Positions 50,404-62,073 of a stretch of DNA of 64,000 bases are shown here, piece after piece (position 1 is the stretch's first letter; the number at the start of each line of letters is the position of its first letter). Source of the stretch: Felis catus (Eukaryota); contig NC_058368.1 of the NCBI RefSeq assembly GCF_018350175.1, forward strand, positions 143,532,001 to 143,596,000, given 5' to 3'. The notes below the pieces were generated by a model. The model did not search any database. It was not told where the DNA came from and was given only the letters and a program-made list of their open reading frames with translations. The position numbers were made by a program, and so were the translations under genes.

Positions 50404-51454
50404 ACACCCACGGCCGGATGGCCAAACCATCTTCTAGGAATGGAAGTCTTAAACATGCATGTTGACTTTGTTTTCTCTGTAGTGTTATGTGGCCATTCTT
50501 TACAACCACCAAACCCTGACAAAGAATACTTCACACACTGTTTTGAGGGCCATGCTTCTGGAACAAGACGCTGAAAACTAGAAAGACCAAGTGTAATTAC
50601 ATAATGTTAGCCACCCCTAACCCCACCCAGGAATCCCAGGAGGACTTGGCTCCCCCAGGGCATGGGCTGCGGAGTTGGGCCAAGGTACCTAGATGACATG
50701 GACTAGCGGCCCTAGCTGACACATGGGCTGCACCTAAGGGAGAAAGATTTGGTCCCATTTGGAGACCAGGGAAGAGGCAGGGCTACCCCCCTCTTTGCAA
50801 GTGAGCGTGCAAAGGAGGTGCACAGGGGACCCACAGAGGCACCCCTCAGGGAGGGCGCTGCCAGGGCTCCAACACTGGGGAGGAAAACAACCTGCAGCCC
50901 TGCTGCGGCTCTTTCCAGATGGGTTTCCCGACCAGAGGAGGACTCCCACATTGAAAGGTTATGTGGGAAGGATTCTGGTTTTTCTTCTCCTGCTGTGAAA
51001 TCAATTAAAAACAGGACGGATATAAAATGGTTTTATAACCTCCTCCCCCTCCTGGCTTCCTTCCCTCTTGGGGATGGGCCAGCCCCAACTGGAGAGAGAC
51101 GAGAGTCTCATGGTCTGAAAATTCTGTGGCAGTTTAAATAACGGTGACCTATTGCTCCCGCTCTCCTCAGGGGACCTGAGGCAGGAGGAGCAAACGTCTC
51201 CTGGAAAATGGACAGATGAAGGAGGACCCCATAGGTTGGCGGAGAGGGGCCGACCCTTCGGGGTGCTGTGCCAGTCCCTAGCCTCTGCTCCCCGCAGGTT
51301 CAGAACTGGTCTAACCTGGGGAAGTAAGGCTACCTGTTTTAGAAGACAATGTATTTCTCACAGAATAATTCAAATTGGCTTGTTCTGCTTACACATACTT
51401 GCTCTGTACAAACCAACATCAAGAATTTTCATTCTGTTTATCTACAAATGATCG

Positions 51455-51880
51455 TAACAGATAACTTTTATTGCATACGACTGTGTGCCAGGAACCTGAT
51501 TAGGTGCCTTTGCTAAATTAATTCTTCCAATTCTGCCACCACCGAAGGTTAAGTAGTGTTTTGCCCAATGTACAAAGAAGGAAAATGAGCCTCCAAAAGC
51601 TACCAAGTGGCAAAACTAGGGTCCCAGTCCGGGTCTGCTTTCCACAGCCCACTAAGGTAAGTAATAATGATTCTCATTTGTTGAGCCTTTGCTGTGTGCC
51701 AGAGACATGACGCACGTTATCTGGAATCCTCACGGGGAACTTGTGAGGAGGCAGCAGCTCCGCCCCGCTTGTAGACAAAAAAGTGGCCCTTAAGGAAGTA
51801 GCCTGAGGTCACAGAATTGACTTGGTGAAGTCAAGGCTTGAAGTCGGCTCTCCCTGTGTTCGGCAATTCATTCCCGGCAT
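51455..51880 (-). mobile_element. Two adjacent MIR copies
   Basis: Two successive ctgtgtgccag...ttgcccaatgtacaaagaaggaaaatgag / gaggtcacagaa segments. Confidence 0.65.
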
Positions 51881-52222
51881 GAGGAAGGTGCTCGTGTCCT
51901 GAGGTGCTCCCGGTGGGTGCTCTGTGAACAGAGAAGGGCCCCTGAAGGTCATCCCTGGTGGGCTGAGGTTGAACTGGTCTGTGCACAGAGCATGAGTGCG
52001 GCCGTCGCCAACACACATGGTTCTCAGCAGCGTGTAATGTTTCCTGGGACCGTGGCCAACTTGGCTGAGGCTTTTTAGACATCTTGAGGGACACAGTTCT
52101 GAGCATCTTAAATGAATAGACAGACTTCTGTCAGGAAGTGCCACTTCATACCACAGAACTGCCCCCATTTTTCCCAATGAAGAGTCTTAGTTGAAAATAC
52201 GTGATCATTTTAGGGTCCTGTG

Positions 52223-52452
52223 TTTTTCTTAAAATGTTTTAACACTTGTTTATTATTTTTGAGAGACAAAGAGACACAGAGCACGAGTGGGGGAGGGGCA
52301 GAGAGAGAGAGAGGGAGACACAGAATCTGAAGCAGGCTCCAGGCTCTGAGCTGTCAGCACAGAGCCCGATGCGGGGCTCGAACCCACAAACCGTGAGATC
52401 ATGACCTGAGCCGAAGATGGAAGCCTAACTGACTGAGCCACCCAGGCTCACC
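52223..52452 (-). mobile_element. CanSINE
   Basis: TSD ttagggtcctgt at 52210-52221 and 52453-52464. Confidence 0.95.
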
Positions 52453-53154
52453 TTAGGGTCCTGTTTTTGTACCTGATGCAAAATCTTGTGAATGGACCCG
52501 TATGGCTTATACATCCCTCCTTACACATTGGACAGTTTTTAACCTCTCTTTAGGCAACTCCATCCTCTCTGAACCCCTGTGCTATTTTCCAAGGTACAAC
52601 CTCCCCTCAAAACATCTTGGAGTGTCTTAACATCCTAATCGGCATCTTCCCTTCACTCACTTTTCCCCATATGATCCTCATCCTGAAACATGTAGTCTAT
52701 AAACAATAGCAACATAATACAATCCAGGTTTGGGTTGGCATCAGAACTTGCTGACACATTCTCATGTCTATTATGTATTTTAGGCTCTTTTTAACCCAAG
52801 GAGGAAAAGCCGTACAAACACAGGTTTCAGAAAGGAAATGCAAGACGGTTAGTGATCAAAGCAGGACTGGGCCTACGTTTCCACTTTCTCCCTATTTCTC
52901 CACCTCTCTTGGTCCAGACTGGATTCTTAGGTGCAGTCAGGCAACTGCACCCTTGTGACTCAGGAACATTGCTCTGACTCAGACTGTTTCCTTCAAGGGG
53001 TTTCTTCAACTGCTCTGAAAACTCAGCCTGGAAATGGAAAATGCCCCATACAGGCGAAGCTTAGATCTAGAACAGTGCATTTCAGAAGAAGCGTATTTTC
53101 TGAAACCAAGATTGTTGCACAATTTGAGCTATCTCCTCTGCACCAGTGGCCGGT

Positions 53155-53460
53155 CAGTCATTCACTCAGCAAACACTTAGAGTATCTTCCAGGCACCAGT
53201 ACTGCCAAGTACTGCGGATGTGGTTGGTAACGATATAGGCACAGTCCTTGTCCTCCTGGAGTTCAGAGTGCATTCAGGGAGTTGGATAATAAACTGGAAC
53301 TCACAGTGAAGTTATATGTTATAACAACAGGGAAGCCAGGTCAGTCCCAAGGTTTGGGACAATTTCTGTGAGGATATGACCTTCAAACTTGAAGTTTCAC
53401 AAGCTGGCCAGGTGGGGATGAGTTGACAAGGACTTCAGGTATGACAGCCAAAAGCATGGT
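53155..53460 (-). mobile_element. L2 3' end
   Basis: cattcactcagcaaacacttagag...cacagtccttgtcctcctggagttcagagt. Confidence 0.7.
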
Positions 53461-54679
53461 CCTCACAGATCTCTAAGTTGAGGGAATTTAATTGCCCAAG
53501 GCCCAGATGCTGCTCTCTGAAATCCATCCCCATGTGTTGAGGCTGTGCCTCCCATAGGGACTCCTAGCCAGTGACTGATCATGGCAGCCTGTTGCTTGGA
53601 AGCCAGGACTCCTCTGATGCCACCTTGGCTTGAGGAAGCCCCCACAGCCCTATCAAACGCCCTTACATTGCTGGCTGGTCTAAGCTGTGTCCACCCACCT
53701 TTCTTCCCTCCCTCCCTCCCTCCTTCTCTTGGGATCAGACTTGCCCCTGTGCTCTTTGTTCAGCCTCTCCATTCTGCTGCCTGGGGAGTGGATGGCATTG
53801 ACCAGGGGAAGTGAGCCAAGAAGAAAGGAAAAACCAAGAGGAAAGGGCCCAGAGCAGATCCAGGCAAGTTCTGTTCTCTCAGCAGGAGGAGGAAAGTCAA
53901 ACATGAGGTGCTGACAGTTTATTCCAGGCATTGTTTAAGACTAGATTTCTCTGTCCCTTCCTTTGAAAATTTCAGAATGACTCTGGCTAAAAGCACCCTG
54001 TTTCAGGACAGGGTCCCAGAGGATTCTGGGGCAGGATGGAAATTGTTACGAAACCATCTTTTATTCTACCTATAAGAACTTTTCCCTTCCTGTAACATCT
54101 GTATCTTTATGGGAGCAGAAGCAGGTGACCCTCCAGGATCTCACCTTGGCAAGGCCCTTCCCAGACCTCACTGGGGGCAAGCGCAGGCAGGCCTCAGACA
54201 GGGCCAGTCTAGTCTAGGTGCCAGGTGTGTCCTTATCGTGGAGACGGACACTACAGCCTGTCAGCACCTGGCACCATTCAGTATCTAGATCCTTACCAGC
54301 CATCAGCCCAGGCTCAGATGCTTCCTGGCTACATGGGGAGAATGTCCTTTTCCAGTTACCGTGAGTCACGTAGCAGATCTAGTTCTTCTTGCATATTAAT
54401 AAGTTGATTTTCTGGTTTTATTTTTAAAACAAAAGAACAACAGTAACATCAAGGGAGGTCATCAGAGAGGGAAAGAGTTACAAAAAAGCAACATGCAGCC
54501 TGTGGGTGTCAGGTGGAAGTAAGCGGAGTAGATTCGGGCTTTTAGGTGGGCATAGTTACCCCAGCCAGGATTTCAATGGTGCCTTTCAAATTCATTCTTT
54601 ATCTATGTGATGCCTGGGGATTAGGTGGGAGTACCAAAATGCTATAATTATCGAGAGGGAAAAAATGACCCTGCTGGTG

Positions 54680-54849
54680 ATCATTTAAGGAGGTATTTAA
54701 GGACAAATAAAAGGAAGTACATCTTTACACAGCCTGTAGCGTATAAGTGGAACTCATTGCCCCCTAAGGTGTTACAGATGAAAATAATAAAAAATGGGTC
54801 CAAGAAAAGGCCAAGTAAATTCACGGATATTGGATGTAATGGTTATTAA
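54680..54849 (+). mobile_element. Ancient CR1/L3-clade LINE 3' end (ORF2 C-terminus)
   Basis: Peptide LRTNKRKYIFTQPVAYKWNSLPPKV...NGSKKRPSKFTD...NGY* resembles the CR1 ORF2 end (RKxFFTQRVVxxWNSLP...NGFKKxLDKFM...NGY*). Confidence 0.75.
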
Positions 54850-54999
54850 GGTCAGCCTATGAAGACCCCATCTTCCCTCAGAAATGTTTCTGGTGCCCCT
54901 CTAGAGACACCTGGGTTCGAGGCACATCAAGCTCCTACATGTTTCTGGAATGCGGAGTGCTCTTTCTCAGTGCTATGCCTTTGCCACACTGTTGTCTTG

Positions 55000-55265
55000 A
55001 GAGTCCCTTGCCACTTTCTTCTAAGTCTGATAAACTACCATGAATTCGTCAAGACCCAATTTAAATGGAGCCTCTTCTGGGTAGCACCCCCTCCCTGATT
55101 CCTCCAGGTCAATGCTGATCACTCCTTTCACCAGTGGAACCCTCTCCCAACACACTATCATGGTTTGCCCAACTGGACAGAGATTGTGTCTAATTCTTGT
55201 GGGCTTAATTCAGAGCCTAGTTGATAGCCCCTAGGTATGAAATGTCTTGAATGAATGAATGAGTG
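55000..55265 (+). mobile_element. L2 3' end
   Basis: ttcgtcaagacccaatttaaatg...cctccctgatt...tgaatgaatgaatga tail. Confidence 0.7.
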
Positions 55266-55968
55266 TTGAACTATATCAACCAATGGTTTGAACACATACA
55301 ATGGTTATGATACTCTTAATGACCCTCTTAGAAGCTTCTAATATCGGATAGATGATACTTTTCTTCCAGGACATATGCTTGTTTATGTCAGCTAATACAT
55401 AGCGCTAGTCTCCAAAGAAGCATCTATGTAGTTGAAGTGGAGTAGCCAAGAGTCTTATTGAGATTTTAGTGTCTTTAACTTAACTGTGTCTCTTAGGCAA
55501 GTGAGCCAGTTCCCCAGAAATCTGGTCTAGAAATATTGCCAATGCACATTCCAGTGACTTTGAGATGTTAGAAAAACAGACATATCACCTTTCAGGCTGA
55601 AATCACTGGGAACTGCATTTTAAAGTTGGGTTTCCTTCCAGATCCTTAGGTTATGAATGACACACAGTCTGTGGAAACTTTATGAGATCACCAAGAAGCT
55701 GAGGTCTTTAACTCTCAAGAATTGTTTAATCACAGATCAACCAAATACAATATTTGCATGTTTTAAAAAAACAAAACAGCAAGCAAAGGTCTGTTGATCA
55801 AAATGCTGCCCCAGTCCAACCAACACGAGAGGCCTGCCCAAGCTCAAATATGGAGATTCAGAAGATGAGGAGTTTTAGGCAGAGGGAAGAGAGCAGCAAC
55901 CCTGGACAATAAAAGAAAATCTAAGAATAATGAGAAGTCCTTCTCTGTCAATTAAACAATCAGGCCTA

Positions 55969-56186
55969 GGGGCGCCTGGGTGGCGCAGTCGGTTAAGCAG
56001 CCGACTTCAGCCAGGTCACGATCTCGCGGTCCGTGAGTTCGAGCCCCGCGTCGGGCTCTGGGCTGATGGCTCAGAGCCTGGAGCCTGTTTCCGTTTCTGT
56101 GTCTCCCTCTCTCTCTGCCCCTCGCCCGTTCATGCTCTGTCTCTCTCTGTCCCAAAAATAAATAAACTTTGAAAAAAAAAAAATTT
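55969..56186 (+). mobile_element. Very young CanSINE (first of a tandem pair)
   Basis: CpGs intact; TSD aaacaatcaggcctag at 55954-55969 and 56187-56202. Confidence 0.97.
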
Positions 56187-56201
56187 AAACAATCAGGCCT
56201 A

Positions 56202-56392
56202 GGGGCGCCTGGGTGGCTCAGTTGGTTAAGCGGCTGACTTCGGCTCGGGTCATGATCTCGCGGTCCGTGAGTTCGAACCCCACGTCGGGCTCTGTGCTGA
56301 CAGCTCAGAGCCTGGAGCCTGTTTCAGATTCTGTGTCTTCCTCTCTCTCTGACCCTCCCCCGTTCATGCTCTGTCTCTCTCTGTCTCAAAAA

Positions 56393-56421
<29 letters not shown>
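56202..56421 (+). mobile_element. CanSINE (second of a tandem pair)
   Basis: TSD aaacaatcaggcctag at 56187-56202 and 56422-56437; (AAAC)n tail. Confidence 0.97.
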
Positions 56422-56424
<3 letters not shown>

Positions 56425-56567
56425 CAATCAGGCCTAGAGAAAGGCTTTTGGCAAGACTCCTAGCAAGAAACTTGGAGGTCCAATCCCGATTTTAATCTCC
56501 TCAAAAAACCATTTGAGTTTAACTTTTGTAAAGTTTTAGTAGTCAATTTAAAAATAAGTATCTACAG

Positions 56568-56689
56568 AGGCGCTTCAGTGGCTTAGTTGGTTGAGTGTCT
56601 GACTCTTGATTTTGGCTCAGGTCATGATCCCAGAGTCATGGGATCAAGCCCTGAGTCGGGCTCTGTGCTGAGCATAGAGCCTACTTAAG

Positions 56690-56735
<46 letters not shown>

Positions 56736-56790
56736 CCTCTGCCCCTCTCCATTGCTTACGTGCTCTCTCTCTCAAAATAAAATAAAAATT
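56568..56790 (+). mobile_element. Older CanSINE with a long (CT)n
   Basis: gactcttgattttggctcaggtcatgatcccagagtcatgggatcaagcc; flanks share atctaca. Confidence 0.9.
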
Positions 56791-56844
56791 TAAGAATCTA
56801 CATACTCTACTAACTTGAAGGTAAATATAGGGACCACATACAGA

Positions 56845-57280
56845 TGTTCATTCAACAGACAGCTGTGGGAGCAACTCTTTCATTTAGGGGCATCTGCTTG
56901 GACCCTGGAGATGCAGCAGGAAGCAGGGCTAAGGTCATCCTGCCCTCTTTGGGCTTATAGCCTCACAAGAAGGACAGGCCAGGATAAGTGACAATGATAA
57001 TGACTGGTGAGGTTTCCTGGGCAAAGTTCAGGGAGTTCTGCTATTGTGTAACTAATTAGAGGACTTTATCTATCCCAGAGGTCTGGGAAGATCTCCCTAA
57101 GGAAGTGATTCTTAAGCTGTTGCTCAGAATTGAGGTTGTAGGGAGAAGAATGTTTCAAGAAGAAAGGAGAATCCTGAGGAACTGAAGCTTTCAGCATTGC
57201 TGGAGGTCTGAGAGACGGTGGGGCAGGGCTGTGTAGGCCTTGTGCAGGAGTGAGGTGCACGTATTTAACCACCGAGCATG
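56845..57280 (-). mobile_element. L2 3' region
   Basis: ttcattcaacagaca...ccctggagatgcagcagg...tccctgccctc...tccctaaggaagtgattcttaagctg. Confidence 0.7.
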
Positions 57281-57764
57281 AATACAGCTCAGTCATCACA
57301 TTCACCCAAGGTGCATTCCATTTTATTCTCTCACCAGGCTAAATTGTAGATATTATTCAACCTCTTCCTTGCTAAGAGGTTTAAATAATAGTACGAATTG
57401 TTTGTAGATGTGAGGGTTTTTTGCTTGCTGTACCTACCAGTGCATAAATGATGTGCCACAGTCATGATAAAACTTTTCCAAAGATGTTTCCCATTAAGTT
57501 GCTGGACATTAAGTAACAGGGAGAGCTCGGTGTAAGAGGATAGGTAATTCACTTAACTTAAATGATATTTTTTAGGATGCAGAATTTTTCTCAGCATTTG
57601 CTGAACTGGCAGCAATCAACAAAATTTCTTAGCCTATATAATACTGTGTTAGAATTTTCGTATTGACTCTGTATTGACTAACTCATGAAAATTGTATACT
57701 GGAATAACATACTTCAGTCTAACCTAATCCTCCAGTCTAGATGAGAGGCTCAAGTTGGCAGTTA

Positions 57765-57870
57765 CATACTGAGCTGTGAATTTAGAATCCTGGCTCAGCC
57801 ACTTGGGTGTTAGATAGCCTCTCCGTTCTTCAGTTTTCTCACCCATAAAATGGAGATTATGAGATCTATA
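57765..57870 (+). mobile_element. MIR fragment
   Basis: gaatcctggctcagccactt...cttcagttttctcacccataaaatggagat. Confidence 0.7.
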
Positions 57871-58799
57871 GTCCTCAACTGAATTAATATACCAGTAGCA
57901 TTAGTACTCATTTTTAGTAATAATATTGTAAATTCTCAAGACAGGTGGGCATCAGGTGGGTTTTAACCAAGGCCTTGAATAAATGTAGGAGGACTTCAAC
58001 AGGGATAAATTTCACACTGGTCTCCAAACCATTCCTAAGGGAGTCCATATATCTCAGGAGTGACAAGCATTCCTGAGGAAACCCTGCCTGGAACCTGACC
58101 ACAACCTGCGGGACCTTTTACCATCCACCCATTTGTTCTCCCACTTTTCACCCCCGTAATCTGGGAACCCAATTCCAGTGGAGGCTGGAGTTCCCACGTG
58201 TGGCCAGGTGAGGGTTACTGTGAGGGAACTCTGCCCTGTGGTAGTTAGCCACAGCCTCAGAGGACCCTGGGGTGCCAGCATGTCTTCCAGGGCCAATGTT
58301 ATCCCCTGCCACAGAACTTGGGAACACCCTGGTTAGAGGACTTGGTCAGCATAAGGACTAGCACTTGGGAAGCATATTGGGCTGGTGTGCTGAAGAAACC
58401 AGAATGATCTCCAAGCAACACCCACCTGGGCTTGAGGGGAAAGGGAGCACCAAGATACAGGCATTGAGCCAACTATGGTGGAAGCCAATGACAGTGTCCA
58501 GTAGTCTGTACTTCTGAGAAGAACCAACTAGTACAGAAGAACAGAAGAACTGTACTTCTGGCATAAGAACCAACTCGTCAGACCAGATTCAGCATTAACT
58601 CTTTAGTTGATAGCTAGTGAAGGTATTTCCAAACTATGGGAGAATTTCAGTATTTAAACAGCCAATGTAACTACCTATATACATAAACACAAGTTGAATA
58701 TTAATTTGGGGACCTTGGAAACCATATTAATGGCTCTGGACTCCATCATAAGGATATGGAGAACTATAAGGGTCTTAAGAGATTTTATGTATTTTTTGG

Positions 58800-59400
58800 A
58801 CCAAGGCTTGCTGAATACAGTAGGGAGGACGGATTGAAGGAAAAGAATATAGGAAACAAGAAAACAGTTAAGGTGCCCTTGCAGGAGTTCAAGTTGGAGA
58901 TAATAGTAGGAATGGGTGGATATGAGAGATATTTAATGAGTACAATTTTCAACACTTGGTGATTGACTAGACATGGGAAGTAGGAAGAAGGAGGAGTCCA
59001 CAATGACTTCTAGGTTCCTTGCTCAGGAAATAAGACAGATTATGTCACCATTTAATAAGGGAAATCAGGAGACAGAGCAGCTTTGAGGATATGATATGAC
59101 CAGTTTGGTTTCAAATGTGTTGAGCTTGAGGTGCCTATTACATATTTACACAGAGATTCAGTAGGCAATTGGATATATGGGTACTGTGTGTGAAATAAGC
59201 CTGGCTGGAAATTATGGTTTTGGAATTTTTATATATTGATGCATGAAGTTGTCCTGAAAGAGAATATAGAGTGAGAAGAAGTAGGTGTGAGTCTTGAGTA
59301 ACAAAAACATGTCAGGAACAGGTAGTAGATGAGGTACCACAAAGTTAGAGATTGTGAAGTTGGTGAGCTGTGGACAGAGGGAAGAGAGCAGAAACCCTGG
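58800..59400 (-). mobile_element. L2 fragment
   Basis: aacacttggtgattgactagacatggg...gagtccacaatgacttctaggtt...tgttgagcttgaggtgcct...gtaggcaattggatatatgg. Confidence 0.8.
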
Positions 59401-59892
59401 ATAATAAAGGAAAATCTAAGAATAACAGAAGGCAAGAGAAAGGTGTGTTGAGTATGGTAGATGAGCAATTAGCATCCATTCCTACCTTCCGTTTTATTTG
59501 TCTTCCTGGACAGCCAAAGACTACTTCCCGAGATTCCCTTGCATCCAGAGGTCTGGATGCAAATTAAGTTCCACCAATTACGTATACCACTCAAGATTTA
59601 GGATGTGAAACTGAGGCAAAGGCTGATGCTTTTGGCTATTTTCCACCAAAGTTGTGGAGCTTTTCTGCAACAGCATTCCAGCATTTAGTTGCTAGCTTCG
59701 TGGTTCTTCAGTTGTCATGGTAGTAGCAGCAGCTTCCTAACACCAAGATTGTAGTCATAATAGTGTGTTCTAATTCCCTACCTTCCTAATTTTGGCAAAG
59801 GTATCATCTTCCCTGGCAGGCCAGTTTGTGATGTCATTCTTGGAGATTCACCTATATCTCAAGCCCTTCCAACTTTAATAAACTCCTAATTT

Positions 59893-59978
59893 CTTTATCT
59901 TTATTTTTAGAGAGAGAGTACATGAGCAGGGGAGAAAAGCACAAAGAGAGAATCTTTTAAATTTTTTTAATGTTTATT

Positions 59979-60015
<37 letters not shown>

Positions 60016-60318
60016 CAGAGTGTGAGTGGAGGAGGGGCAGAGAGAGAGGGAGACACAGAATCCCAAGCAGGCTCCAGGCTCTGAGCTGTCAGCACAGAGT
60101 CTGATGCGGAGCTCACACTCATGAACTATGAGATCATGACCTGAGCAAAAGTCAGACTCAACCAACTGAACCACTAAGGCGCCCTGATAGAGAATCTTAA
60201 GCACGCTCCACGCTCAATGCAAAGCCCAATGTGGGGCTCAATTCCGTGACACTGGGATCCTGACCCGAGCCAAAATCAAGAGTTGGACACATAACCAGTT
60301 GAGCCACCCAGGCACCCC
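59893..60318 (-). mobile_element. Older CanSINE (outer element of a nested pair)
   Basis: TSD aataaac(t/a)ccta(a/g)tt at 59877-59891 and 60319-60333. Confidence 0.9.
59957..60184 (-). mobile_element. CanSINE inserted inside the older SINE
   Basis: TSD agagaatctt at 59947-59956 and 60189-60198. Confidence 0.92.
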
Positions 60319-60429
60319 AATAAACACCTAGTTATATATTAAATCCTTTTCTGCTTAAAATATCTACAGTGGTTTGTTTTTCTTTTTGAATTCTGAATGA
60401 TATGGAAAAATATTTCAGAGAAGGATCCG

Positions 60430-61204
60430 TCATGTGTGTCTTTGCCCACACCATCAAGCAATTAAATCAATTCTGACACTATCTACCCAGAGATAGTGTC
60501 AAATCCTATAGGTAAAGAGCTCAGTCCTACAAGACTGTCCCCAACCTCAGATGCCAATTGCAAGTCCAGAATGTCACCTGGGCTTGTAACTGATGAGCTA
60601 TATAGATTGGAGATTTGAACAATTCTCTCCTCAGGTTTGAGTAATTTACTAGAGTGGATCACCAAACCCTGAGAAATGTTTACTTATGTTTAACAGTTTA
60701 TTATAAAAGGATATTAGGAAGAGCCGAAAGGAAGAGAGGCGTAGGGCAAGGAATGGGAAAAGAGCAGGAGCTTCCGTGCCCTCTCTGAGTGCACCATTTA
60801 TCGTCTTAACACTTCCATGTGTTCATGAACCTGGAAGCTCTCAATCTCATCCTTTTTGGACTTCTATGGAGTCTTCATTACACAGACACAGTTGGTTAAA
60901 TCACTGGCCATTGGTGATTGATTTTACCTTTGGCCCCTCTCCGCTCCCAGGAGGTTGGGATGGCACTGAAGGTTCCAACTGTCTAATCGTTTGATTGGTT
61001 CCTCTGGAAATCAGCCCCCACCCTCTGTGCTTTCCAAAAGTCACTTCATTAATATAAATTCAAGTGTGATTGAAAAGGATTTGTTAGAGGTATCAAGACA
61101 ACTCTAACCCTCTTATTAGGAAATTCCAAGGGTTTTAGGAGCTCTATGCCACAAATGGGGACAAAGACCAAATATGTATTTCTTACTGTAAAGCACAATA
61201 TCAA
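60430..61204 (-). mobile_element. MER21-family LTR
   Basis: caattctgacactatctacccagagatagtgtcaaatcc...cagatgccaattgcaagtcc...aattccaagggttttaggagctct...cacaatatca. Confidence 0.8.
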
Positions 61205-61239
61205 AGGACGTCAGTGCACTTCATTTCTTCACAGGGTCT

Positions 61240-61510
61240 CTTGTGCCACTCTAAAGAGTTTTGGTTTAATCTGTGAGCAAAAGGAAACCCATAACTAGTT
61301 TTAAGCAGAAGAATTACAAAAGCATATTGGCACACATCAGAAATGTCATTGAATACAGGGAATGGTTGGGAAGGTAGCAGACTGGACAGGGGTTACCCCT
61401 TAGGATTTGTTGGTCAGTCCTCTGGGCAAATTTTGATGAGGTCTAAACTCAGGCAATGGCAATGGAGATGGTGAGAAAGAAGATAGATGAAAGAGAATTT
61501 TAGGAAATAC
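61240..61510 (-). mobile_element. L2 fragment
   Basis: aaagagttttggtttaatct...gttttaagcagaagaat...ggcaatggagatggtgagaa. Confidence 0.65.
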
Positions 61511-61593
61511 TGTCTTAAACTTTGATTAACCTCAGGTAAAATTAAAAAATTCAGGTCACCATGGTATTTTATGAGAAACCCTATAAAGAGAAG

Positions 61594-61880
61594 TGCTATA
61601 GACAGAATATTTGTGTACCCCCAAATTTCATATGTTGAAACCTAATCTCCAAGGTGTTGCATTGGGAGATGGTGAGCTTGAGTTTGGGAAGTGATTTATG
61701 TCATGAGGGTGGAGCTCTCATGAATGAGATCAGTGCCCTTATAAAAGAGACCCCAGAGAGCTCCCTTATCCCTTCCACCATGTGAGGACATAGCAAGAAG
61801 ATGTTTGTCTATGAACCAGGAAGTGGGGCCTCACCAGACACTGGATCTGCCAGTGTGTGAATCTCAGATTACCCAGAACT
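61594..61880 (+). mobile_element. MLT1A-like MaLR LTR, 3' end missing
   Basis: tgctatagacagaatatttgtgtaccccc...cagtgcccttataaaagagaccccagagagctcc...ccagaact, then a SINE. Confidence 0.85.
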
Positions 61881-62064
61881 GGAGCGCCTGGGTGGCTCAG
61901 TCAGTTAAGCATCCAACTTTGGTTCAGGTCATGATCTCTTGGTTTGTGAGTTCAAGCCTCATATTAGGCTCTGTGCCTGGGTCTTATTTTGGATTCTGTG
62001 TCTCCCTCTCTCTCTTCTCTCACCGCCTCTGCCCTGTCAAAAATAAATAAACATTAAAAAAAAA
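61881..62064 (+). mobile_element. CanSINE with internal deletion and no downstream TSD
   Basis: ggagcgcctgggtggctcag head; aataaataaacattaaaaaa tail. Confidence 0.9.
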
Positions 62065-62073
62065 GAATATTCT

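Larger units (their letters stand above)
59455..60402 (+). mobile_element. LTR33-like ERVL LTR interrupted by nested SINEs
   Basis: agactacttcccgagattcccttgca...gttccaccaatta...ttccctggcaggccagtt...aaatccttttctgcttaaaata. Confidence 0.7.

Noticed and set aside
2329..54368. Scattered AP-1 (TGASTCA) motifs, e.g. near 14967, 20949, 26191, 48329 and 54362
   Set aside because: A 7-mer with two variants is expected several times in 64 kb, and no clear clustering was seen.
55954..56437. Three identical 16-mers as a CRISPR-like array
   Set aside because: The spacers are SINEs and the repeats are target-site duplications in a mammalian genome.
60474..60501. Hairpin tgacactatct-acccag-agatagtgtca
   Set aside because: It appears to be an inherited feature of the MER21-family LTR rather than locus-specific.
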